This document shows positions 11,553 to 21,232 of a DNA stretch of 64,000 nucleotides, piece after piece. Both the position numbers and the translations under genes were made by a program. This DNA is from an uncultured Chromatiaceae bacterium. GTDB taxonomy: Bacteria > Pseudomonadota > Gammaproteobacteria > Steroidobacterales > GCA-2729495. The notes below the pieces were generated by a model. It saw only the letters and a list, made by a program, of their open reading frames with translations, ran no database searches and had not been told where the DNA came from. Location of the stretch: positions 839 through 64,838 of the forward strand of contig CAYOXI010000003.1 in assembly GCA_964407855.1 (NCBI GenBank), written 5' to 3'. Numbering within the stretch: the first letter of the stretch is position 1; the number at the start of each line of letters is the position of its first letter.

Positions 11553-11873
11553 ATGCAAATCAACGTCACAGGTCATCACATCGAAGTTACCGAGGCACTG
11601 CGGGACTACGTGAATTCGAGACTCTCCCGTCTGGAGCGCCACTTCGACCAGGTCAGCACCGTCCACTGCATACTTACCGTTGAGAAGATCCGCCACCGCG
11701 CCGAGGCGACGATCCACATCACGGGCGCACAACTCTTCGCCGATGCCACGGAAGGAGACATGTACGCTGCGATAGATGCGCTGGCCGACAAGCTCGACAG
11801 CCAGGTACGCAGGCACAAGGAGAAGCTGACGGATCACAACGACCGCCACTCCGTGCGGCGCGACCTGACCTGA
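11553..11873 (+). CDS. hpf: ribosome hibernation promoting factor (short form)
   Basis: Internal ATG gives 106 aa (MQINVTGHHIEVTEALRDYV...). Sits immediately after rpoN. Confidence 0.9.
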   Translation: MQINVTGHHIEVTEALRDYVNSRLSRLERHFDQVSTVHCILTVEKIRHRAEATIHITGAQLFADATEGDMYAAIDALADKLDSQVRRHKEKLTDHNDRHSVRRDLT

Positions 11874-11893
11874 CTCAGGCGGGGACCCGGGCG

Positions 11894-12793
11894 GTGCGCC
11901 TCATCATCGTCAGCGGCCTGTCGGGTTCAGGCAAATCTGTCGCGCTGAATCATTTCGAGGACCTCGGCTACTACTGCATCGACAATGTGCCGGCCGCCCT
12001 CCTCGGCACGATGATCGCCGAGTTGACCAGCACCGAGGACCCGACCTATGGCAACCTTGCCATCGGCATTGACGCACGCAACCGCGCCGACGACCTGGCC
12101 AGGCTGCCGGACGTCGTCACGGAGCTGGGCAGCCGGGGCATACGCTGCGAGGTCATATTCCTGCATGCGGAAGACGACGTACTGCTGAAGCGTTTTGCCG
12201 ATACCCGTCGCAAGCACCCACTGAGTGCAGCCGGACTGAGCCTCCGGGAAGCCATTGAACGGGAGCGTGAGCTACTCGGTCCCATCATTGCGTCAGCCGA
12301 CCTGGTCCTGGATACCAGCCGCACGAGCATTTACGAGTTGCGGGACATCATCCGCCGGCGGGTAGGAGAGAACGAACGCGCGGGGCTTTCCATCCTGATC
12401 GAGTCGTTCGGTTACAAGCATGGCATTCCGGCGGATGCCGATTTTGTCTTCGACCTTCGCTGCCTGCCCAACCCTTACTGGGACGCGGGCCTCCGGCCGC
12501 TCACCGGCAGGGATGAGGAAGTAATCCGCTTTCTCGACGCCGCGCCGAGCGTGCAGCGGATGTTCGCCGACATCGTCGGCTTCCTCGATCGCTGGATTCC
12601 GGAGTATGTGGACTTTCACCGGAACTACCTGACCGTGGCCATCGGCTGCACCGGGGGCCAGCACCGCTCCGTGTACATGACCGAGAAGCTCGCGGCGGAC
12701 CTCGCGAAGCGCTACGCGCCCGTCATGACCCGGCACAATGAACTGCCCAATGTCACCAACCAGTTCACGGCCCCGCAGCTTGGGGGCGCCTGA
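11894..12793 (+). CDS. rapZ: RNase adapter protein RapZ
   Basis: P-loop SGLSGSGKS at the N-terminus, CTGGQHRS near the C-terminus and the YhbJ-like motif LRCLPNPYW. Confidence 0.93.
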   Translation: MRLIIVSGLSGSGKSVALNHFEDLGYYCIDNVPAALLGTMIAELTSTEDPTYGNLAIGIDARNRADDLARLPDVVTELGSRGIRCEVIFLHAEDDVLLKRFADTRRKHPLSAAGLSLREAIERERELLGPIIASADLVLDTSRTSIYELRDIIRRRVGENERAGLSILIESFGYKHGIPADADFVFDLRCLPNPYWDAGLRPLTGRDEEVIRFLDAAPSVQRMFADIVGFLDRWIPEYVDFHRNYLTVAIGCTGGQHRSVYMTEKLAADLAKRYAPVMTRHNELPNVTNQFTAPQLGGA

Positions 12794-12800
12794 CGGCAGT

Positions 12801-14078
12801 TCAGGCCGCGCTGCTGCCCGCGATCTGCAGCGCCGGTACGCGCTGGGAGTATTCCTCGCTCAGATCCTTCCAGCCCAGGATTCCCGACGGTGAATCCATG
12901 GGCTTGCCGGCGAGAAAGTCCCGCAGTTCTTCGCGCCGGGCCATGGCATCCCGGTAACCCAGGGCGATCAGTTCCCGGGTGTAGCCGGACTCGAAAAGCA
13001 GGTAGCTGAGCAGCTGCGCGCCCCCGTAGTTCAGCGCGCCGAGCCCTCTCAGCAACAGCCGGATGGGTCGGGGCATCTCCCGGACGTGACGGGCTGCAAT
13101 GCTGCGGATGTCCTCGCTCGGCAGCATGATCAGGACGTTGGTGTGCCGGAGTACGCCGAAGTGTCCCTCCATGGTCCGGCCCGGCATGGTGTCGAGGATC
13201 AGGTTGATCCGGCTGAGGTTCTCCAGGTCCGACGACAGCCCATCCATGAACAATGCATCCAGAATGTAGCCGGCGATGCGGCCAAAACTAGGGTAGGGGA
13301 CAAGTTCTTCCATGTCGGGCAGCGGTTCCGGCAGCTCGTTCCGCACGCCGATCACCAGCAGGCGTTCCGCGCCGAGGCGCAGGGCCGGCGACAGGGGTGT
13401 CGCCTGACGCATGGCGCCGTCACCGAAGTACTCCCGACCGATCCGCACAGGAGAAAACACCAGTGGCACGGCAATGCTCGCCATCAGGTGCTCCAGGCTG
13501 ATCCGGGTGGGCCGGCCTTTGCGCCGGACGCGATCCCAGGGCTCGGCAGCAGGTCCTCCCTGGTAGAAGGTCACCGAACGGGCTGAACCGTAGCCGGCGG
13601 CCGTGATGGCCAGTGCGTCGAGGTAGCCCCGGTCAATAGCCTCCTGGACCGCATCAAAGTTGATTCGCCCGCGCAGCAGGGCCCACAGCGGCGCATTGTC
13701 GAGCAGGGAGCGGGGATTCCGCTGGCCGAGCCCCCCCAGCACGATGGTGGTAAACCAGTGGAGGCTGCTTTTCAGCATGGTCCAGGCATCGCAGCGGTAC
13801 ACCTGGCCCGAATTGAAGTTGGCCCAGACCCGCTCCAGATCCGTAACGCCTGTCCGAAAGGAACGGGCTCGGGAAGCAAGCACGGCGGCACTGATCGCCC
13901 CCGCGGAGGTGCCGCTCAGGACACAGAAGGGATTGGGCGAGCGGCGGGGAAGCAGTTCCGCGACCGCCTTGAGCACACCGACCTGATAGGCGCCCCGCGC
14001 ACCGCCGCCGGGCAGGACCAGGCCGACCTTACGGTAAAGGCCGTCGGTGACGGTGGTCTGTCTGCGATCAGGGCCCAT
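12801..14078 (-). CDS. patatin-like phospholipase family protein
   Basis: Oxyanion motif GLVLPGGGARGAYQVG and the nucleophile elbow GTSAGA. The DGA/DGG motif FGDGAM lies further downstream. Confidence 0.85.
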   Translation of the reverse strand: MGPDRRQTTVTDGLYRKVGLVLPGGGARGAYQVGVLKAVAELLPRRSPNPFCVLSGTSAGAISAAVLASRARSFRTGVTDLERVWANFNSGQVYRCDAWTMLKSSLHWFTTIVLGGLGQRNPRSLLDNAPLWALLRGRINFDAVQEAIDRGYLDALAITAAGYGSARSVTFYQGGPAAEPWDRVRRKGRPTRISLEHLMASIAVPLVFSPVRIGREYFGDGAMRQATPLSPALRLGAERLLVIGVRNELPEPLPDMEELVPYPSFGRIAGYILDALFMDGLSSDLENLSRINLILDTMPGRTMEGHFGVLRHTNVLIMLPSEDIRSIAARHVREMPRPIRLLLRGLGALNYGGAQLLSYLLFESGYTRELIALGYRDAMARREELRDFLAGKPMDSPSGILGWKDLSEEYSQRVPALQIAGSSAA

Positions 14079-14197
14079 GGGCCCCCCGGTGGCTGCGCTG
14101 AAGCAGACCCGATCTTAAGGCTGCCCTGCAGCCGCCACAAGGAAGCAGGCCGCAGTGCTATCCTCGGCTCGTGTCCGAACTGCCGGAGTCGCCCGAA

Positions 14198-14749
14198 ATG
14201 ATGCGTCAGATTGCTCTACTCGCCGGCATGGCCGCCGTCGTTGGCATCGGCCTCGCCTGGTGGAATGTCAGCCTGGCAGCCCAGCCGGCGGTGGGCGAGG
14301 CCGCACCGGAATTCCGCCTCCAGGATCAGAACGGCAACTGGGTCACACTGGCGGACCTGAAGGGACAGTGGGTCGCCCTGTACTTCTATCCCAAGGCCGA
14401 CACGCCGGGATGCACCAAAGAAGCCTGTGAGTTCCGGGACAATATCTTCGCCTTCGAGGAGGTCGGCGCAACCGTGATTGGCGTAAGCATCGACGCCATC
14501 GCCGACCAGAAGAAGTTCGCCGAGAAGTACAGCCTGCCGTTTCCGCTGCTCGCCGACGTGGACGGCGAGGCAGCAGAGGCCTATGGCGTGCTGAACAACC
14601 TCGGCATCATGAAACTGGCCAGGCGCCAGTCGTTCCTGATCCGTCCGGACGGCAGCATTGCCCGTCACTATGCCAGGGTGGATCCGGCGACGCATTCGCA
14701 GGAAGTGCTGGCAGATCTCAAGAGCCTGCAGGCTGACGCGGGCAGCTGA
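14198..14749 (+). CDS. bcp: thioredoxin-dependent peroxiredoxin (Bcp type) with N-terminal signal/anchor
   Basis: Active site YFYPKADTPGCTKEA. The ATG at 14198 has GGAG 9 nt upstream. A GTG at 14171 is an alternative start. Confidence 0.85.
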   Translation: MMRQIALLAGMAAVVGIGLAWWNVSLAAQPAVGEAAPEFRLQDQNGNWVTLADLKGQWVALYFYPKADTPGCTKEACEFRDNIFAFEEVGATVIGVSIDAIADQKKFAEKYSLPFPLLADVDGEAAEAYGVLNNLGIMKLARRQSFLIRPDGSIARHYARVDPATHSQEVLADLKSLQADAGS

Positions 14750-14805
14750 CGGGACGGGCGGCCGGCATCTGCCAGTCAGGCCGCGGGCCAGGCCAGGCGC
14801 GGCAA

Positions 14806-16170
14806 TCAGACCGGTTCGTCGTGATCCTGGGCCAGCAGGCCGCGACCCGGCAGGGCCCCCGGCTCCAGCTCGATCACCCGGCTGAAGGCACGGCCCAGCA
14901 GCAGCGCCACCGCACCCCAGAGCGCTGCTATTGCAGCACCAGCGACCGCAATGCCGGCCAGTCCCAGTCCCAGTCCGCCAAGCAGCGCATATAGCCAGAC
15001 ATTGACGGCGTCTCCGCCCCGGTAGACCACCGTATCGATGACGTTCTTTGCCTTGAACCGGCTCTCTTTAGGGAGCGCGGTGAACAGCAGTTCCCGGGCC
15101 GGCCGCGTGATCGCGTAATCCCCGGCCCGGCGCAGGATCTGGACGCCGAGCAGCACCAGCAGCACCGGCGTCGACGCCAGCGCCAGGAAGCCCGCCACCA
15201 TGAAGAGCGGCAGAGCCACGAGCAGGGCCGTCAGCCCGAAGCGCCTGACCAGTCGCCCGGTAACGAACAGCTGGGTCGGCAGGCAGATGGCATTCACGAT
15301 GAGATCCACGGCCGCGAGGATGCGCGTGCGCTCCGCCGAAGTGGCGACCGTGTCCCGGAGCAGTTCGGCCTGTTGCATGTACATGAAGGTGCTGACGGCA
15401 GTAAAGAGCAGCACGAAAAACGCGATCCCCAGCAGGTAGCGGGAGCGGCCGAGCAAGGAGATACCGGCCAGGGGATTCCCGCCGATCGGTTCGTCGCTCT
15501 CCATCGGTCCGGTAAGCGGCTTGTGGGGGCTGGCGGGGGAATTCTTTTCCCAGCGGAGGAGGAACTGCACCAGCACCACCGTCGTCAGCAGCAGGGCGCC
15601 GGCACAAAGCAGCAGTCCGTCGATCCCGATGTTACCCACCATCAGCGTGGTCACTGCCGGCCCGGCGATCGCCCCGGCACTGCCACCTGCAGCCAGGAAA
15701 CCAAAGAGTCGCCGGGACTGCTCTGCGGAGAAGAGATCCGCCATGAAGCTCCAGTAGACCGACAGCACGAACAGGTTGAACACCCCTACCCAGACGAAGA
15801 AAGCCTGGGCGACCCAGTCGGGCGGCTCGTCACCGGCACCGCGGAAGAAGGCGGAAAACAGTCCCACCATGGCGACCAGCAACAGCGAGATCAGGGGAAC
15901 GAACCGGGACCGGGGCAGATGGGCGCAGGCGAGGCCGTAGAGGGGGACAACCACGAGGGTGGCAGCGAAGGACAGCAGAAAGAGGTACTTGAGATTCTCC
16001 ACGCCGCCAGCGATGCCCATCGCATCGCGGACCGGCCGGAGCATGTAGTAGGCCGCCATCAGGCAGAACATGTAGGCCGCACCCAGCAGGGCGGCAGCCA
16101 GCTCTCCTGGCCTCGCCCCGATTGCGCGCGCGGCAATGCCGGCAGCACTACCCGCCTGCTTAAGGCCCAT
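14806..16170 (-). CDS. MFS-type transporter, ATP:ADP antiporter (TLC/Npt)-like family
   Basis: About 12 predicted TM helices. The N-terminal motif YYMLRPVRDAMG and the segment VYWSFMADLFSAEQSRRLFGFLAAGGSAGAIAG resemble the Npt/TLC signature. The substrate cannot be inferred. Confidence 0.6.
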   Translation of the reverse strand: MGLKQAGSAAGIAARAIGARPGELAAALLGAAYMFCLMAAYYMLRPVRDAMGIAGGVENLKYLFLLSFAATLVVVPLYGLACAHLPRSRFVPLISLLLVAMVGLFSAFFRGAGDEPPDWVAQAFFVWVGVFNLFVLSVYWSFMADLFSAEQSRRLFGFLAAGGSAGAIAGPAVTTLMVGNIGIDGLLLCAGALLLTTVVLVQFLLRWEKNSPASPHKPLTGPMESDEPIGGNPLAGISLLGRSRYLLGIAFFVLLFTAVSTFMYMQQAELLRDTVATSAERTRILAAVDLIVNAICLPTQLFVTGRLVRRFGLTALLVALPLFMVAGFLALASTPVLLVLLGVQILRRAGDYAITRPARELLFTALPKESRFKAKNVIDTVVYRGGDAVNVWLYALLGGLGLGLAGIAVAGAAIAALWGAVALLLGRAFSRVIELEPGALPGRGLLAQDHDEPV

Positions 16171-16191
16171 GGGAAACCGCGATGACCGGGG

Positions 16192-17637
16192 TCAATCGCC
16201 GGGGCCGTCGCCCGCAGTCACGGCGAGGATCTTCAGGGAGTTGGTGCGGCCCGCGACGCCGGACAATTCACCCTTGGTCAGGATCACCAGATCTCCGGGG
16301 CGCACATGGCCGAGGCCAAGGAGGACGCGGAACACCTGCTGGTAGATGACCGTGCTGTCCGCATGGGTGATGTCGAAGGCGACCGGGTATACGCCCCGGT
16401 ACATCACCACCCGGCGGCGCGTTGCTTCATGCCGGGTGAAGGCAAAGATGGGAATATCGCTGCGGATACGGGACATCCACAGGGGCGTGGAACCGGATTC
16501 TGTCAGCGCGATGATGGCTGTGACAGGCAGGTGATTTGCGGTGTACATCACCGCCATGGCGATGGCCTCGTCGGCCCGTTCGAAGCGGTCATTATTGCGG
16601 TGGTTCGGCCGGCCCAGCGTGGAGTAGTAGCTCTCCGCACCGACACAGACCTCCGCCATGGTCGAGACTGCCCTGACCGGATACTCCCCGACCGCCGTCT
16701 CCGCCGACAGCATCACCGCGTCAGTCCCGTCCATGACGGCATTGGCCACATCGGACACTTCGGCCCGGGTCGGCACCTGGCTGTGGATCATGGATTCCAT
16801 CATCTGGGTCGCAGTGATGGCCACCTTGTGGCGCTGCCGGGTCATCTTCAGGATCTTCTTCTGCAACCCGGTCAGGCCCGCGTAGCCGGTCTCGACCCCG
16901 AGGTCGCCCCGCGCCACCATGACTGCGTCGGCGGCATCGATGATGGCTTCGAGGTTGGTGATGGCCTCGGTGCGCTCGATCTTGGCGACCAGCAGGGCGG
17001 TACCGCCGGCCTCACGCAGGAGCTGGCGCGCCTCGTGGAGGTCCTCGGCCCGACGGACGAAGGAAACTGCCAACCAGTCAACCTCGAGGGAAGCCGCCAG
17101 CCGGAGGTCTTCGCGGTCCTTGTCGGTGAGTGCCGGCGCTGAAAGGCCACCACCCTGCTTGTTGATACCCTTCCGGTCGGCAAGAGTGCCCCCCTGGGTC
17201 ACGATGCAGTGGATGCGTGAGCCCACAACGCGCTCGACCGTGAGCGTGATGAAGCCGTCGTCCAGCAGCAGCACATCGCCCGGCCCCACGTCCTTCGCCA
17301 GCTCCGGGTAGGCAACACCCACGCCCTCGACGGTCCCGCCAGCAGGATCCATGTCGGGATCGAGGACAAAGCCCTGGCCTTCTGCCAATACCACCGAAGC
17401 GTCCCGGAAGCGCCGGATGCGGATCTTGGGTCCCTGCAGGTCGCCGAGTACTGCCACGTCGCGGCCGGTCGCCTCCGCCACCTCGCGCACCATCTGGACA
17501 CGCGCCCGGATACTGGCTTCCTCACCGTGGGAAAAATTGATGCGTACCACATCAGCGCCGGCGAGGAGGAGCTTGCCGAGCGTGACCGGGTTGTCTGTGG
17601 CCGGCCCGAGAGTGGCGATGATCTTCGTTCTGCGCAT
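16192..17637 (-). CDS. pyk: pyruvate kinase
   Basis: MRRTKIIATLGPAT..., MVARGDLGVE and full-length PK-like sequence. Confidence 0.95.
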   Translation of the reverse strand: MRRTKIIATLGPATDNPVTLGKLLLAGADVVRINFSHGEEASIRARVQMVREVAEATGRDVAVLGDLQGPKIRIRRFRDASVVLAEGQGFVLDPDMDPAGGTVEGVGVAYPELAKDVGPGDVLLLDDGFITLTVERVVGSRIHCIVTQGGTLADRKGINKQGGGLSAPALTDKDREDLRLAASLEVDWLAVSFVRRAEDLHEARQLLREAGGTALLVAKIERTEAITNLEAIIDAADAVMVARGDLGVETGYAGLTGLQKKILKMTRQRHKVAITATQMMESMIHSQVPTRAEVSDVANAVMDGTDAVMLSAETAVGEYPVRAVSTMAEVCVGAESYYSTLGRPNHRNNDRFERADEAIAMAVMYTANHLPVTAIIALTESGSTPLWMSRIRSDIPIFAFTRHEATRRRVVMYRGVYPVAFDITHADSTVIYQQVFRVLLGLGHVRPGDLVILTKGELSGVAGRTNSLKILAVTAGDGPGD

Positions 17638-17687
17638 GAAAGCTGAACCCGACAGCTGGAAACAGGGCTGAAGTATCCCACAGGGGC

Positions 17688-18974
17688 TCAGTCGACGAGG
17701 ATGATCCGGAGATCGTTTACGTTCGTACGCGTAGGCCCGGTTACCACCAGGTCACCCAGGGTGTCAAAGAACCCATAGCTGTTCTGGCCGGCCAGATCAG
17801 CCGCCGCCTTCCGCCCGAGGGTGGCCGCCCGCTGCAGGGTGTCGGGTGCGATGAGTACGCCCGCGTTATCGCCGGTGCCGTCGAGGCCATCGGTATCGGC
17901 CGCCAGCGCGTGCACCCCTGCCCTCTCACCCAGCGCCAGGGCCAGAGTCAGCAGATATTCCCCGTTGCGACCGCCCCGGCCGGCGGTGCCCGTGACACGC
18001 ACTGTGGTTTCACCCCCTGACAGCAGGGCGCCCCGCTGACCCTGCCTGCGCAGATCGCTGACCACTGCGGCATGGGCCATGGCGGCGGCCCTGGCCGGAC
18101 CATAGACCCCGGGCAGGATCCGGGGCGCGTAGCCTGCTGCTGCGGCCGCCCCGGCCACGGCGGCAAGCGCATCCCGGGAACGGGCAATGATCTGCGCCTG
18201 GATGACCGGCGCGGGCCCCTGCGTGGCCGGCTCCCGACTGCGGTCAGCCCGGCGAGCCAGCCAGTCGGCCAGCGCGGGTTCGATCCCGATGCCATGGCGC
18301 TGCAGGATTTCCGCCGCCCCGGCTACCGGACTGGGATCCGGGGTGAAGGGCCCGGAGCCCAGGTCCTCAAGCCGGTCGCCCTCCACATCCGAGATGGCGA
18401 GCAACAGGATCTCGCCCGCGGCACAGCGTCGGGCGAGGCCTCCCCCCTTGATCGCCGACAGCGCTCGCCGGACCGTATTGATCTCGCCAATGGCGGCTCC
18501 CGCCGCCAGAAGTTCCCGGGTGACCCGCTGCTTGAGTGTGAGCTGCAGGCCGGGCGCTGGCTGCACCATCAGCGCGGACGCCCCGCCGGACAGGAGAAAG
18601 ATGCAGCGGTCCCCGGGCCGGGCTGCGCCCAGCAGGTCCAGCATCCGGGCGCCCGCCTCGACACTTGCCTCATCAGGCACCGGGTGCCCGGCCTCGATGA
18701 CCTGAATCGCCCCGGTGGTCTCCCCGTTCCGCAGGCCATGGCCATAGCGGGTTACGACCAGGCCCGCGGGTGGTGCCTCGCCTCGCTCCTGAAAGGTGCG
18801 GTAGAGAGCCAGGGCCATGCTGGCGGCAGCCTTGCCTGCGCCGCCGACGAACGTCTTGCCGGCTGGTGGCTGAACCGGCAGGAAGGCCGGCAGACAGCGG
18901 GCCGGGTCGACCGCTGCAATGCCGGCCTGGAACAGCCGCAGCAGAATTTCGCGGCTGGACTCCGGCCCGGGCAC
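17688..18974 (-). CDS. glycerate 2-kinase / hydroxypyruvate reductase family protein (DUF4147 + MOFRL)
   Basis: N-terminal GAGKAAASMA, then LLSGGASAL and the C-terminal MOFRL-type segment LLSGGETTVRVTG...GRGGRNGEYLL...TDGLDG. Confidence 0.8.
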   Translation of the reverse strand: MPGPESSREILLRLFQAGIAAVDPARCLPAFLPVQPPAGKTFVGGAGKAAASMALALYRTFQERGEAPPAGLVVTRYGHGLRNGETTGAIQVIEAGHPVPDEASVEAGARMLDLLGAARPGDRCIFLLSGGASALMVQPAPGLQLTLKQRVTRELLAAGAAIGEINTVRRALSAIKGGGLARRCAAGEILLLAISDVEGDRLEDLGSGPFTPDPSPVAGAAEILQRHGIGIEPALADWLARRADRSREPATQGPAPVIQAQIIARSRDALAAVAGAAAAAGYAPRILPGVYGPARAAAMAHAAVVSDLRRQGQRGALLSGGETTVRVTGTAGRGGRNGEYLLTLALALGERAGVHALAADTDGLDGTGDNAGVLIAPDTLQRAATLGRKAAADLAGQNSYGFFDTLGDLVVTGPTRTNVNDLRIILVD

Positions 18975-19004
18975 TGGCGAAGCCGCCGGTACCCGCCGCA
19001 GGCC

Positions 19005-20207
19005 TCAGCGGCGGGGCGTGCCGCGGATGGAACCGCGAGCCCGTTCGGCAAGCACTGCCACGGCCGGCAGCAGTGTGCCGTCAAGGAATTCCAGGAACGC
19101 GCCGCCACCGGTAGAGACGTAGGAGAGACGGTCTGAAAGGCCATACTTCTCCAGGGCTGCCAGGGTGTCGCCGCCACCAGCCACACTGAAGGCCCGGGAT
19201 CTGGCCACCGCCTCGGCCACCCGCCGGGTGCCCTTGCCGAATTTCTCGATCTCGAAGACGCCGACCGGGCCGTTCCAGATGATAGTGCCGGCGCGGGCGA
19301 TGAGCCGGGAATAGAGCTCTGCCGTGCGCGGCCCGATGTCGAGGATCAGTTCGCCGGGTCCAACCTTGTTCACGGGGCGGGTGGTTGCGGCCGCGCTGGC
19401 CTTGGCGGCCTTTGCCACGACCACGTCAGCCGGCACGGGGATCGAGGCCCGGAACCCCTTACCCGTCAGGCGCCGGGCTTCAGAGAGCCGCTCCTTCTCG
19501 TAGAGGGACTTCCCCACCGGGTGGCCGGCTGCGGCAATGAAGGTATTGGCGATGCCGCCGCCGACGATCAGCTGGTCCACCTGCCGGGCCAGGGACTGCA
19601 GTACTTTGAGCTTGGTCGAGACCTTTGAGCCACCGACGATCGCCACGACCGGACGGGCGGGCTTGCGCAAGACCCGCTCCAGTGCGGTCAGCTCGGCCAT
19701 GAGCAACGGGCCGGCACAGGCCACCGGCGCATAGCGCGCCACCCCGTGGGTGCTGGCTTCGGCGCGATGTGCCGTGCCAAAGGCATCCATCACGAATATA
19801 TCGCCGAGCGCGGCAATCTTCCTGGCGAGCGCCGGCTTGTTGGCCTTCTCCCCGACATTGAAGCGCACGTTCTCGCAAAGCACTACTTCGCCGTCGGCGA
19901 TCTCGAAGCCGTTCAGCCATTCCCGCACCAGAGGCACCGGCTGCCCGAGCAGCCCTGAGAGATGGTCAGCCACCGGACGCAGGGACAGGGCCGGGTCAAA
20001 GAACCCCTCCTTCGGGCGCCCCAGGTGGGACAGCAGAATGACCGCCGCACCCCGGGCGAGCGCCATCCGGATCGTCGGCAGGGCCGCCTGGATACGGGCA
20101 TCGCTGGTGACGCGCCCATCCTTGACCGGGACATTGAAATCCACCCGGACCAGCACCCGCCTGCCGGCGAGGCTCTGGTCCGTCATGCGCAGTACCCGCG
20201 TGGTCAT
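19005..20207 (-). CDS. pgk: phosphoglycerate kinase
   Basis: The ATG at 20207 overlaps the gap stop (ATGA). [22 protein letters not shown] and a C-terminal [11 protein letters not shown]. Confidence 0.95.
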   Translation of the reverse strand: MTTRVLRMTDQSLAGRRVLVRVDFNVPVKDGRVTSDARIQAALPTIRMALARGAAVILLSHLGRPKEGFFDPALSLRPVADHLSGLLGQPVPLVREWLNGFEIADGEVVLCENVRFNVGEKANKPALARKIAALGDIFVMDAFGTAHRAEASTHGVARYAPVACAGPLLMAELTALERVLRKPARPVVAIVGGSKVSTKLKVLQSLARQVDQLIVGGGIANTFIAAAGHPVGKSLYEKERLSEARRLTGKGFRASIPVPADVVVAKAAKASAAATTRPVNKVGPGELILDIGPRTAELYSRLIARAGTIIWNGPVGVFEIEKFGKGTRRVAEAVARSRAFSVAGGGDTLAALEKYGLSDRLSYVSTGGGAFLEFLDGTLLPAVAVLAERARGSIRGTPRR

Positions 20208-21217
20208 GACGCCTTCATCAGGGCCAGGGTGGTGTCCAGCATGCGGTTGGAGAAGCCCCACTCATTGTCATACCAGCTGAGCACCTTGACCAGATTGCCA
20301 TTCATCACCCGTGTCTGGGTGGCATCAAACACGGAGCTGCGCGGATCGTGGTTGAAGTCCACGGACACCAGGGGCTCGGAGTTGTAGCCCAGAATATTCT
20401 TCAGCTCGCCTTCTGACGCGGCTTTGAGAATGCTGTTGACCTCATCGACGCTGGTGGCCCGGCCGGCCGTGAAGGTCAGGTCAACGACCGATACATTGAT
20501 GGTCGGCACCCGGATCGCAAAGCCGTCGAGCCTGCCGTTCAGTTCGGGCAGGACCAGGCCTACCGCGGCGGCTGCGCCCGTCTTGGTCGGGATCATCGAC
20601 ATGGTGGCCGAGCGGGCCCGGCGCAGGTCCTCGTGGTAGACGTCCGTCAGCACCTGGTCATTGGTGTAGGCGTGAATCGTGGTCATCAGGCCGTGCACCA
20701 CGCCCAGCTTGTCATGCAGCGGCTTGACCAGCGGCGCGAGGCAGTTGGTGGTGCAGGAGGCATTCGAGATCACCGTGTGACTGGCCTTCAGGATGGAGTG
20801 GTTGACGCCGTAGACGATCGTCGCATCCACATCCTTGCCACCCGGGGCCGAGATGATCACCTTCTTTGCACCACCCTGGAGGTGCGCCGAAGCGCGCTCC
20901 TTGGTGGTAAACAGGCCGGTGCATTCGAGGACCACGTCCACGCCCAGCTTTCCCCAGGGCAGCGCGGCCGGATTGCGCTCCGCCAGCACCTGGATGCGGT
21001 CGCCGTTGACCACCATGCTGTCGCCGTCAACCACGACGGTGCCGGGAAACTTCCCGTGGGCCGTGTCAAAGCGGGTGAGATGGGCGTTGGTCTTTGCATC
21101 GCCCAGATCGTTGATGGCAACGATCGACAATTCACGCGTGCGGCTGCCTTCATAGAGGGCACGCAGCACATTGCGGCCAATACGACCGTATCCGTTGATG
21201 GCAACCTTGACCGTCAT
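20204..21217 (-). CDS. gap: glyceraldehyde-3-phosphate dehydrogenase (type I)
   Basis: INGYGRIGR, active site [12 protein letters not shown] and WYDNEWGF. Confidence 0.97.
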   Translation of the reverse strand: MTVKVAINGYGRIGRNVLRALYEGSRTRELSIVAINDLGDAKTNAHLTRFDTAHGKFPGTVVVDGDSMVVNGDRIQVLAERNPAALPWGKLGVDVVLECTGLFTTKERASAHLQGGAKKVIISAPGGKDVDATIVYGVNHSILKASHTVISNASCTTNCLAPLVKPLHDKLGVVHGLMTTIHAYTNDQVLTDVYHEDLRRARSATMSMIPTKTGAAAAVGLVLPELNGRLDGFAIRVPTINVSVVDLTFTAGRATSVDEVNSILKAASEGELKNILGYNSEPLVSVDFNHDPRSSVFDATQTRVMNGNLVKVLSWYDNEWGFSNRMLDTTLALMKAS

Positions 21218-21232
21218 CTCACGTACTCCTGC

